In this document: positions 35,501-43,109 of the stretch, in pieces
Layout: every line of letters begins with the position of its first letter
How positions within the stretch are numbered: position 1 is the first letter of the stretch
Assembly: GCA_963710605.1 (NCBI GenBank)
Contig: CAVQBA010000007.1
Span: 64,001 to 128,000, forward strand
Length of the DNA stretch: 64,000 bases
Reading direction: 5' to 3'
Origin: an uncultured cyanobacterium
GTDB taxonomy: Bacteria > Cyanobacteriota > Cyanobacteriia > Cyanobacteriales > Cyanobacteriaceae
Program-made: the position numbers and the translations under genes
The notes under the pieces: model-generated
Seen by the model: only the letters and a program-made list of their open reading frames with translations
The model's database searches: none
What the model was told of the DNA's origin: nothing

Positions 35501-35723
35501 GGGTAGTGTCGCTAAGAAGAGAATTTTTCAGTTTTTGGAAACAGAGGCGATTAAGAATGAGGAGATGGCGAAAATTGTGGCAGAGGTTTTGACGAGGCAA
35601 TCTGTGACAATGGCGATCGCAGATAAGGCGAGTGCGATTCAAATTATGTTGAGGATTAAGAAGCAATATCCTGAGATTGAAATACCGATTCGGGTTAAGG
35701 AGGTGATGCAAATGAGGTGTTAG
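32577..35723 (+). CDS. WGR-domain protein with long HEAT/ARM-like helical repeats; candidate retron partner
   Basis: N-terminal SNKVYEV...VNFRYGKRG...AEKIFDKLIADKKKKGY (WGR fold), then about 950 aa of helical repeats. Confidence 0.88.
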   Translation: MKLAKRVTLHYQAGNSNKVYEVDLCQISDDKYLVNFRYGKRGKNLKEGSKTIQAVSLVEAEKIFDKLIADKKKKGYQDINDVVTEVIDSPQVNTTSRSNNPRHQAIIDRLREQNSKNWSLNRVIWRAGELKIKEVVPFLIDLIGTEKPLRDYCIAWALGKCGEGNADAITELNSLVNGSYYPEFVNRIAWEALYNLSNEQGKQVMRSQKISELPLALRELAQNGTTKIFKSAIQAYLKLEDYRRFKVIDTLYQIDNEYVRPALLDIVREAPLQPNYFKQLRHIFKMAEYRGDGEVFGILAHRFELQAGNFNNPKGWGGYNRETRRVIRSERIYSQELQKPDSNKAYSEQTREYLRRRVWRTLKTLGEENEPDYVKLATGILLSYSDADEEEIKESRGTKYRYNKETRRSDRYTYHFQWDKYATRIILNHLLYQNSPRYESHPQAWRCTGDYKLGDSLPTVREEAFPQLWNQQPSALLRLLQESKCLPVHEFALKAIQENQEYCHSLEIATLTQLLDTTYEITAQFAFNLACEKYDSQAPNREFVLAVANCILSTARQQAYEWIEAQREYFFEASEFIAGLVTSLQDDTRAFARKLLSSTILNDATVQVLIIRLVGILLELDETQPQMAEEISETLLLSFTPQLRTLGFDIILDLLAHPLPEIQVLGARILLNHQTPAIELPSDLIESLLSSPHDSVRSVGIRIFGQLPDERLMDDDIFIIAMAVNYSSDIRQAIRPVIERLAQNQPEFGYQIAIDLIDLLTEPERHEGVHKDLLFILRSKMIPNWITRIPVDKTISLTRAKSSIAQELGGIILQANSDSLWSEFGANQLVKFANHEVLAIRQAGWQMMELKLESILNDEDEMLCAVKMLEAKWEDSQEFARSLFDKLDDQDWTPRMMIGVCDSTKENVRRFGRDIVTSNFQEEYGQEYLLKFSEHPSADMQMFVTNYLETYAMDDEERLKQLVPYFVTVLSGVNKGSVAKKRIFQFLETEAIKNEEMAKIVAEVLTRQSVTMAIADKASAIQIMLRIKKQYPEIEIPIRVKEVMQMRC

Positions 35724-35757
35724 TTTTAAACCGCAGAGTACGCAGAGTACGCAGAGG
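35724..35757. repeat. Left inverted repeat of the GxxExxY cassette (AACCGCAGAG plus 9-nt tandem units)
   Basis: Reverse complement occurs at 36361-36396 and 36524-36559. Confidence 0.85.
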
Positions 35758-35828
35758 TATGGTTTGGTTTGATGTTTTAATGGTCAGTATTTTGGAGTTT
35801 TTTTGATATTGTTCAATGGAGGTTTAAT

Positions 35829-36221
35829 ATGGTGAGTTTGAAGGAAGAGGGTGGCGAGTTGACTGGGGCGGTTATTGGTGCGGCGATTGAGGTACATCGA
35901 GTATTAGGAGCGGGTTTTTTGGAGTCTTTGTATGAGAATGCGTTGGCTGTGGAATTGCGAAGAAGGAATATATCTTTTGAACGACAAAAAGTAATTTTAG
36001 TTAATTATAAAGGTCATCCGATCGGTCAAAATAGGTTAGATTTTCTAATTGAAAATAGATTAGTAGTCGAACTCAAAGCCGTAGCTAACTTAACCCCATT
36101 ACACGAAGCACAAGCCCTATCTTACCTCAAAGCCACCAACCTCAATCTAGCACTACTCATCAACTTCAACGTAACCCGCCTTAAAAACGGAATCAAACGT
36201 ATCGTCCGTAGTAACTACTAA
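35829..36221 (+). CDS. GxxExxY protein (PD-(D/E)xK nuclease-like)
   Basis: AIEVHRVLGAGFLESLYE, RLDFLIE, VVELKAV, AQALSYL, LLINFN. Confidence 0.92.
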   Translation: MVSLKEEGGELTGAVIGAAIEVHRVLGAGFLESLYENALAVELRRRNISFERQKVILVNYKGHPIGQNRLDFLIENRLVVELKAVANLTPLHEAQALSYLKATNLNLALLINFNVTRLKNGIKRIVRSNY

Positions 36222-36249
36222 AAAACTACTTTCTCTCCTCTTTCTCAAC

Positions 36250-36563
36250 CCCATTCAAACATCAACCAATAATCCCTCTTCTCTCTCTCTCAACCAAACA
36301 AAGACACACACCAGTCAACCCTCCAATGCCTCAACCAAACATAGACACACACCAACCAACCTCTCTGCGTCCTCTGCGTCCTCTGCGGTTATAAAATCTC
36401 CTCTCTGTTAATCCCATTCAAACATCAATCAATAATCTCTTTTTTCTCTCTCTCAACCAAACAAAGACACACACCAATCAACCCTCCCATGTCTCAACCA
36501 AACAAAGACATACACCAAGCCGCCTCTCTGCATCCTCTGCGTACTCTGCGGTTATAAAATCTC
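36250..36563. repeat. About 150-bp direct repeat, two copies, period 163
   Basis: 36250-36400 and 36413-36563, each ending CTCTGCGGTTATAAAATCTC; internal CAACCAAACA.AGACAC subrepeats. Confidence 0.92.
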
Positions 36564-36634
36564 CCTCCCTCAACCAAACATAGACACTAACTAATCTACC
36601 CTTTTTTAAACTATAACTAACGAAATAAAAAACA

Positions 36635-38275
36635 ATGAAATTTAACTACACCTACACCAACACCACCAGCGTTCAACAAACCAGTAACAACACCCAGATG
36701 TCATTTTCCCCAGACATCCAACGGCAACCCACCTACTTCATCGGCGAACTAAGACAAAACATCAACTTCCGTGAAGCCATCAGTGCCTTACATCATGTAG
36801 TAGTCTCAGATTTACGTTTCAAACCCAAAGACAAAGAAGCCTATAAACAATGGCGATCGCAACAAGACGATTTAGACTGGCAACTAGTCGCCGCCCAACA
36901 AAAAGCCGTAGCGGACAAAATCACACCATTACAAGAAGAACTAAATGTTCTACAACAAAATAGCTACCAGCGACGACAACCTTATTACACAGCCCAAAGA
37001 AAATATTATGATTACCTCTATCAAAAAGATTATGATATGTGGTATGTACTCGATCCAGTAATAACCGTTCATCCTGATGAAGTGTTTTTCGAGTGTTTTA
37101 GTCAAGACGAATCAACTTACGGCAGACTCGGTGCAAGTTATGAAGTATTTAAAAATATCAACGAATTTGCTTGTGGTACAACTAATATCGATTATTCCGC
37201 CGCTTTATATAACGAATTCCAAAAAGTCCGCAGTTACAAAACTACACAATTCACGATCGACCCCTCTGGTTTTGAAGTAGAAACCAAACATGAAGAATTA
37301 TTCAAAGAAGTAAAAATCGATCTGCCTGATAGTTGGGTAAGGGGTTTCTTGCAAGTAAGTTCGGCAATGTCTTTACCTACGATCGAGTTTGATTTGCATC
37401 CAATGGATGTTTATAATATCTGTCTTATCCTTCGTCGTCATAAAGAGAAAAAAGGACCTCGTGGAATGCGTTATCATCTAACACCAGGTCAACCCGTAAA
37501 AGTTGTTTTTGAACCTTGGAATATTGAATTAATCTGTTCTCGATCGCCTTATACAGGAACACAAGAGCAAGAAATTCGTGTTTGGGGTCGTCGTCGTATT
37601 CATATTTTAGAACGTTTGATCCCGATCGCTAAAAAATTTACGGTTCATCTTTTGGGTACGGGTATGCCTTCGTTTTATATTGCCGACTTAGGGGATATGT
37701 CTTTTACTCTTGGTTTGTCGGGATGGACGGCTAATGATTGGTCAAATTCTGGTAATTTCGATCTCATGGCTTCTCGTACCGAAATCGATCGTTGGACAAA
37801 ACAACATATCTTCAATTCTCTCAAGGAAAATTGGGCAGAAAACCCTTACGATTTAGCTAAACGTTTGAATATGAATCCTGCGGTGATTCTAGGTGCATTA
37901 GGGGCATATACCCAAGCAGGTAGAGCAATTTATGATCTCAATAAAGGTGTTTACCGTGTCCGAGAATTAACCCGTGAGCCTTTACCAATGGAGAAATTAC
38001 GATTTGCTAACGATCGAGAAGCTAAGGCAACTCGCTTTTTGTCGGGGAATCAAGTCACTATCTCTCATGTAAATGAAGACAATATGGGGGGTTATAGTTT
38101 AGAAGGGAGAGTAAACGATCGTCATAAAACTCATAATCCATCTTTAACGGTAGATGCAGATCAACGCATGACACAAGCTAAATGCGATTGCAATTGGCAC
38201 AAACAAAATAAACTTTATAAAGGACCTTGCGAACATATTTTGGCTTTAAAAATGGAACATAACAGAAGACATTAA
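36635..38275 (+). CDS. SWIM zinc-finger protein; candidate retron partner
   Basis: C-terminal CDC...GPCEH (CxCxnCxH); LDPVITVHPD.VFFECFS, DLPDSWVRGFLQV. Confidence 0.88.
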   Translation: MKFNYTYTNTTSVQQTSNNTQMSFSPDIQRQPTYFIGELRQNINFREAISALHHVVVSDLRFKPKDKEAYKQWRSQQDDLDWQLVAAQQKAVADKITPLQEELNVLQQNSYQRRQPYYTAQRKYYDYLYQKDYDMWYVLDPVITVHPDEVFFECFSQDESTYGRLGASYEVFKNINEFACGTTNIDYSAALYNEFQKVRSYKTTQFTIDPSGFEVETKHEELFKEVKIDLPDSWVRGFLQVSSAMSLPTIEFDLHPMDVYNICLILRRHKEKKGPRGMRYHLTPGQPVKVVFEPWNIELICSRSPYTGTQEQEIRVWGRRRIHILERLIPIAKKFTVHLLGTGMPSFYIADLGDMSFTLGLSGWTANDWSNSGNFDLMASRTEIDRWTKQHIFNSLKENWAENPYDLAKRLNMNPAVILGALGAYTQAGRAIYDLNKGVYRVRELTREPLPMEKLRFANDREAKATRFLSGNQVTISHVNEDNMGGYSLEGRVNDRHKTHNPSLTVDADQRMTQAKCDCNWHKQNKLYKGPCEHILALKMEHNRRH

Positions 38276-38293
38276 AATGGTTCGGTATTTTAT

Positions 38294-39469
38294 TTAACTT
38301 TGATGCAACTGATTGTGAATGACGATCGAATTGTCATTACAATCTTTGCCTACTATATAAACATCAACTAATCCATCACTAAACAGATATACTTGAATAT
38401 CGGTCAAACTTGACCTAACTTTTTGTGAAAATGATTTAATCTCTTTTAACCAAGATGGAGTATATCCGTCTTCTAGATCGCTATTCTCGCCAAAAAAACC
38501 TGATTCTAATTCTGTAGCTACCATCGCATGAGTATTAATTAAAATATTATGAACTAATGCTTCTTTGGTTTCGGCTATTTCCCAAACAAAACAGTCTAAA
38601 TCTCCATCGTATATGTCTATAGCATTTAATTGTTCGTCGATCGTCTTTTTTAAAACTTTATTTTCTGACTTATGTGATGCTTTATCTAATATTCTTTTTC
38701 GAGTAGGATATGCCCCATATTTGTCGTAATGAGCTACTCTGGTAGAAACACCAATCCAATCTCCATAGATAGTATTACCAATCAAAAATAAAAGACCTTC
38801 CTCAAATAAATTTTCATCTATATTTAGTGAATAAAACTTATAATCTGCCAAATATAAATAAGATGTCAGCAAGTCAATAATTAATTCGTATTCTTGTATC
38901 GGATTCTCTGATGAATACAAAAAGATACTTTTAGTATCTACCTCAACAAATAAGCCTGTAGTTTCTAAAAATAGATCTAAACTAAATTGACCTCTTAATT
39001 TACTATCCCATAAAAATAGATCGTAGGGTTCTGAGCTTTCGGTATTATGATGGTTATGAAGTCCATAAAATAATTTTCTTAATGTTTGAACTAATTCTGC
39101 GTTTGGATTATTTAATTCATCAGCAAGTAAAATATGAGTAGAGGGAAAATCGATCGCTTGAGAAATATCAACCCCTGTTAAATCTGCACCAAATAATATT
39201 GTCTCATTAAAATTAGTACCATTTACGATCGCACCTTGTAAATTTGACCCTTCTAAATTAGCTAAGGATAAATTTGATCCGCTTAAGTCTATATTTTGTA
39301 AATTACTCTCACGTAAATATACTTCTTCCAAATTGCAATTAATTAATTTTGCTCCCTTCAAGTTAGTTTGTGATAGATTAATTGCTCTCAAATCTTGGTT
39401 TTCTAAATGAATATTGGCAAAATTACTCTCACCGTTTTCGATTTTGTTTTTCAGTTGTTCGGCATCCAT
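38294..39469 (-). CDS. Pentapeptide-repeat protein with probable NuiA-like (nuclease A inhibitor) C-terminal domains
   Basis: N-terminal A(N/D)Lxx repeats; ESSEPYDLFLW, IG...GDWIGVSTRV, LTDIQVY...VDVYIVGK resemble NuiA. Confidence 0.7.
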   Translation of the reverse strand: MDAEQLKNKIENGESNFANIHLENQDLRAINLSQTNLKGAKLINCNLEEVYLRESNLQNIDLSGSNLSLANLEGSNLQGAIVNGTNFNETILFGADLTGVDISQAIDFPSTHILLADELNNPNAELVQTLRKLFYGLHNHHNTESSEPYDLFLWDSKLRGQFSLDLFLETTGLFVEVDTKSIFLYSSENPIQEYELIIDLLTSYLYLADYKFYSLNIDENLFEEGLLFLIGNTIYGDWIGVSTRVAHYDKYGAYPTRKRILDKASHKSENKVLKKTIDEQLNAIDIYDGDLDCFVWEIAETKEALVHNILINTHAMVATELESGFFGENSDLEDGYTPSWLKEIKSFSQKVRSSLTDIQVYLFSDGLVDVYIVGKDCNDNSIVIHNQLHQS

Positions 39470-39557
39470 AAATCTTTAAGTTGCGATCGATCGCTTATGT
39501 TATCTTTGTGTCTATTTAGCTTATGATATATTACTTGAATAAAAAATCAAATCTTAC

Positions 39558-39586
39558 TTGACTTTTTCTTCAACATTAGTTATATT
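39558..39586 (+). promoter_or_regulatory. Sigma70-type promoter for the ncRNA-RT transcript
   Basis: TTGACT (39558-63), 17-nt spacer, TATATT (39581-86), 25 nt upstream of the first unit. Confidence 0.7.
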
Positions 39587-39610
39587 AGAGATAGCTTGAA
39601 AAAGCAATCG

Positions 39611-39863
39611 ATCGATAATCTTGCAATCCTATTTGGTGTATCGCCATTTGTGTATTAAGTAAAGATCAAGCATCACTAGCTAATTTTTCACCTAGTGCGA
39701 AGCCAGCAGGGTTAAACTGTTTGGCTTCTATCGAAGAACGAAAGTTTATTATTTACTAGTCAGTATTTAATATTTGTTCTTTAGACCCTAATATTAAGTA
39801 GGGGTGGGCTGTCTTCGCCGAGTTAAATTATCTAGTCAAATGTATTATTCGAAGATTATCGAT
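39611..39863 (+). ncRNA. Retron msr-msd-like unit 1
   Basis: Perfect 12-bp inverted repeat ATCGATAATCTT (39611-22)/AAGATTATCGAT (39852-63); G at 39623; GTGTATCGC hairpin; CAAGCATCACTAGC; branched msd. Confidence 0.75.
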
Positions 39864-39938
39864 TACCTGAAATGGTCTAGTTATAAGTTAATTTATTTAG
39901 ACTTGACTATTTTCAAAAACATACAATTGAGTCAATAG

Positions 39939-40174
39939 GCTGACTTTGTTGGATTAAAGAACCTTGCAATTAATGGATAGTGTATCGCTATTCTTGTCGT
40001 TAGTTTACTACAAGCATCACTAGCCTCCTCTTGACTGTACGGTCATGCAGTACTAGTTACTTTCCCGGTGTGAATTCGGTGAAATGTAATAAGTAACTAG
40101 TACTGCGACCGCTTGAGTTGAGTAGTCTAGTCCGCCGAAGGCTTACGAAGGAAAAAAATCCCAACAAGATCAGC
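39939..40174 (+). ncRNA. Retron msr-msd unit 2
   Basis: Inverted repeat GCTGACTTTGTTGGATT (39939-55)/AATCCCAACAAGATCAGC (40157-74) plus CCTT/AAGG; G at 39966; same msr motifs; msd with perfect 16-bp stem 40047-62/40091-106. Confidence 0.85.
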
Positions 40175-40247
40175 TTGTTTCTTTTTTGTTTATTTAATTA
40201 AAAAAATCGCTATTTTGTCAAAAAGTTAATCATCACATCATATACCA

Positions 40248-41642
40248 ATGTCTGAACAACCTCGTACTCGTCAGGAACTTTACAATCTAGTTCGTCAAAG
40301 AGGAAAAGATGTATTTATCTTAGAAGAAATGGTTCGCTTGGGTTTTTGGCCAGCCGAAGGAGAGCTTCCGAACGATCCTGCTGACGATATTCGACGTATG
40401 GGGGAGATTAGGCAAGAATTAAACCAGTTAAGACAAGAAAGTAGAAATCTTCAGGATGAAAAACTTCTCCGCAAAAGATTATTAAAAGAAAGATTAGCTG
40501 AATCTCGTCGCAAACAAGCGGAAAACAAGGAAAAAAGAGAACGAGAAAGAATTGCTAGGGCTGAGACTTGGCAAAAGAAGAAACAAACAGAGATTACTTA
40601 CTTAGGAGAAGATGTTTCTGGCGGTTTAAACTATACTGAGTGTAATCGAGAAAAATTAGAAGCACGATCGTTACCCATTTTAGGTAATGCCCTCGAAATA
40701 GCTACAGCTATGGGTATTACCGTTCCTCAGTTAAGATTTTTAGCTTTCAATCGTAAAACTTCGACTGTGTCTCATTATGTTCGTTTTAAAATTCCTAAAA
40801 AGACTGGTGGTGAAAGATTAATTTCTGCACCTATGCCCAGATTAAAAGAAGCTCAGTATTGGATATTAGAACATATTTTAAATAAAATACCCGTTCACGA
40901 TGCCGTTCATGGTTTCAGAAACGATCGTTCTATTGTCACTAATGCTCAACCTCATGTGGGTGCAAATATTGTGATTAATTTTGATTTAGAAAATTTTTTT
41001 CCTTCTGTTTCTTACAAACGAGTTAAAGGCTTATTTCGCTCTTTTGGTTATAGTGAGGCGGCGGCGACTATTTTTGGCTTAATTTGTACTGAAGCCGAAT
41101 TAGAAGAAGTGGAATTAGATGGAATGACTTACTATGTCGCTTTAGACGATCGACATTTACCACAAGGCTCACCTGCTTCACCCGCAATTACTAATATAAT
41201 GTGTCATCGTTTAGATGAATCTTTGACTAAGATGGCACAAAGAAAAGAATTTGTTTATACTCGTTATGCAGACGATCTCACTTTTTCTACTACTGCGGTT
41301 AATCCTCGTATCGGTCATATTCTCAAAGATACTGATTCGATAGTAAGATATGAAGGTTTTAAAATTAATCAGAAAAAAACTAGAGTATTACGCAAAAGTC
41401 GGCAACAAGAAGTTACAGGTATCGTGGTTAATGAAAAACTAAACATCGATCGTCAAACACTCAAAAAATTTCGGGCGACTCTTCATCAAATAGAAATGAA
41501 TGGTTTTGATAATGCCTCTTGGGGAAACAGCAAAGATATTATGGATTCAATTAAAGGTTTTGCTAATTTTGTAGCGATGGTTAACCCTGAAAAAGGAGCA
41601 AAATTTCTGACTCAAATTCAACGTATTGAGCAACAGTTATAG
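40248..41642 (+). CDS. Retron-type reverse transcriptase with long charged N-terminal extension
   Basis: IPKKTGGERLISAP, NAQPH (region X NAxxH), DLENFFPS, LPQGSPASP, YTRYADDLTFS, QEVTGIVVN (region Y VTG). Confidence 0.95.
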   Translation: MSEQPRTRQELYNLVRQRGKDVFILEEMVRLGFWPAEGELPNDPADDIRRMGEIRQELNQLRQESRNLQDEKLLRKRLLKERLAESRRKQAENKEKRERERIARAETWQKKKQTEITYLGEDVSGGLNYTECNREKLEARSLPILGNALEIATAMGITVPQLRFLAFNRKTSTVSHYVRFKIPKKTGGERLISAPMPRLKEAQYWILEHILNKIPVHDAVHGFRNDRSIVTNAQPHVGANIVINFDLENFFPSVSYKRVKGLFRSFGYSEAAATIFGLICTEAELEEVELDGMTYYVALDDRHLPQGSPASPAITNIMCHRLDESLTKMAQRKEFVYTRYADDLTFSTTAVNPRIGHILKDTDSIVRYEGFKINQKKTRVLRKSRQQEVTGIVVNEKLNIDRQTLKKFRATLHQIEMNGFDNASWGNSKDIMDSIKGFANFVAMVNPEKGAKFLTQIQRIEQQL

Positions 41643-41761
41643 TTTAGTTATGTCAATTTATACCTAAAGCGAGACCAAGGTAACGGATTTTGACAACATT
41701 TTGGTGAGATAAAAATTTATATTTACCATAATTAATAATTGAATTTGTAGCTAATCTTTAA

Positions 41762-41868
41762 TATAGCAAGTAACAAGTAGGGAGCGGACATATCAACCAC
41801 CCCTAACCCCTCCTTCAAAGGAGGGGGAACTTCATTCAACTATTCAAAACAACTTGTTTACTGCTATA
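41762..41868. repeat. TATAGC...GCTATA cassette containing a REP-like hairpin
   Basis: CCCCTAACCCCTCCTT-CA-AAGGAGGGG inside inverted ends TATAGCA/TGCTATA. Confidence 0.65.
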
Positions 41869-42040
41869 GCTAATAACTTAAGATATCGGTGTAAAAACAA
41901 TTTTTTTCAAAGAAAATATTTTCTTTTTGTACCCTTGTAGTAACAGTGTTTATAGCTTATTTGATAATAAAGTCACATTAAAGTCACAGAATTGAGAAAT
42001 AAATTCATTAAAATCTAAAGCAACCAACTTTCGAGCTTTT

Positions 42041-42940
42041 GTGAAAATGAAACCTAATTCCTCTAAAGAAAAATTCTCTCCAGAAAATACACCCAATTAT
42101 CATCACGAGGAAAACCAACCCGAACCATACAACTATATACCAGAAGAATATATACCAGAAGAAAAGATACACACAAAGGCAGAAAAAGATCTACTCAACT
42201 ATTCTCCACAAGAGTTTGATGCACTACGTAAAATAATTAAAGAAAGTAACTTACTACACTTATCTTTTCACTTTCTTGATTATATTTTACGATTGCAAAA
42301 ATCAGTTTTTGAACAGATTTATACTCAACAGAAATTACCTAAAATCATTATTTCAATGTCAATATTGTGTGTGTTTTTATCAGGTATTTACGGTTTAACA
42401 ATGGGAATGAATCATAGTTTTTTATTAGCTATCTCTTCAGCCATAAAATTACCAATGTTGTTTTTACTAACTGCGGTTATTTGTATTCCATCGCTTTATA
42501 CTTTTAACGTCATGTTGGGGCAAAAATTTAAGTTTTTACAAACCGTAGCTTTAATGATTATGACATTAGGCACAACTACAATTTTATTAGCTAGTTTAGC
42601 CCCACTCTCTTTTTTCTTTGTGCTAACTACCAGAAACTATTTCTTTTTACAATTAATGCACGTATCGATATTAGGTTTATGTGGAATTTATGGTGTATAT
42701 TATCTTTATCGTGGATGCTCTTATGTTGCTTTTAGAATGGAGCAACCTTTAAATAAATTACTGTTGAAAATTTGGATTGTTATTTATGCAGTAGTGGGCA
42801 TGCAATTAGGTTGGAGATTAAGACCATTTATTGGTACTCCAGGTAGCCCGTTTGAAATTTTTAGAGTCCAAGAAGATGGTAATTTTTACCTTGCTGTTTG
42901 GGAATCTATAATGAGACTTTTAGAGGGAAATGCAGGATAA
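42041..42940 (+). CDS. Conserved multi-TM membrane protein
   Basis: Five hydrophobic helices; SSAIKLPMLFLLT, GMQLGWRLRPFIG. Confidence 0.8.
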   Translation: MKMKPNSSKEKFSPENTPNYHHEENQPEPYNYIPEEYIPEEKIHTKAEKDLLNYSPQEFDALRKIIKESNLLHLSFHFLDYILRLQKSVFEQIYTQQKLPKIIISMSILCVFLSGIYGLTMGMNHSFLLAISSAIKLPMLFLLTAVICIPSLYTFNVMLGQKFKFLQTVALMIMTLGTTTILLASLAPLSFFFVLTTRNYFFLQLMHVSILGLCGIYGVYYLYRGCSYVAFRMEQPLNKLLLKIWIVIYAVVGMQLGWRLRPFIGTPGSPFEIFRVQEDGNFYLAVWESIMRLLEGNAG

Positions 42941-43109
42941 TTTGTATTTAATAATTTATAATTTATAATTTATAATTTATAATTTATAATTATGTCCTTT
43001 TAATACTATTTATTAAGGTTAAAAGTAAAATTTCGAGTACTAATGTTAAACCAGATTTTTTGATAATTAATAATGGTAATATTTAAGCAATATAGATTTG
43101 TTATTTGTC

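Noticed and set aside
36250-36590. Repeats after GxxExxY as a CRISPR array
   Set aside because: Two long near-identical duplications with low-complexity subrepeats; no constant repeat with unique spacers; no cas genes
39897-39927. Separate promoter for ncRNA unit 2
   Set aside because: TTGACT to TACAAT spacing is only 13 nt; alternative -35 boxes are weak, so not called
40248-41642. RT as group II intron, DGR or CRISPR-associated RT
   Set aside because: Has retron NAxxH and VTG motifs; no maturase/HNH domain, no TR/VR pair with adenine-specific differences, no cas1
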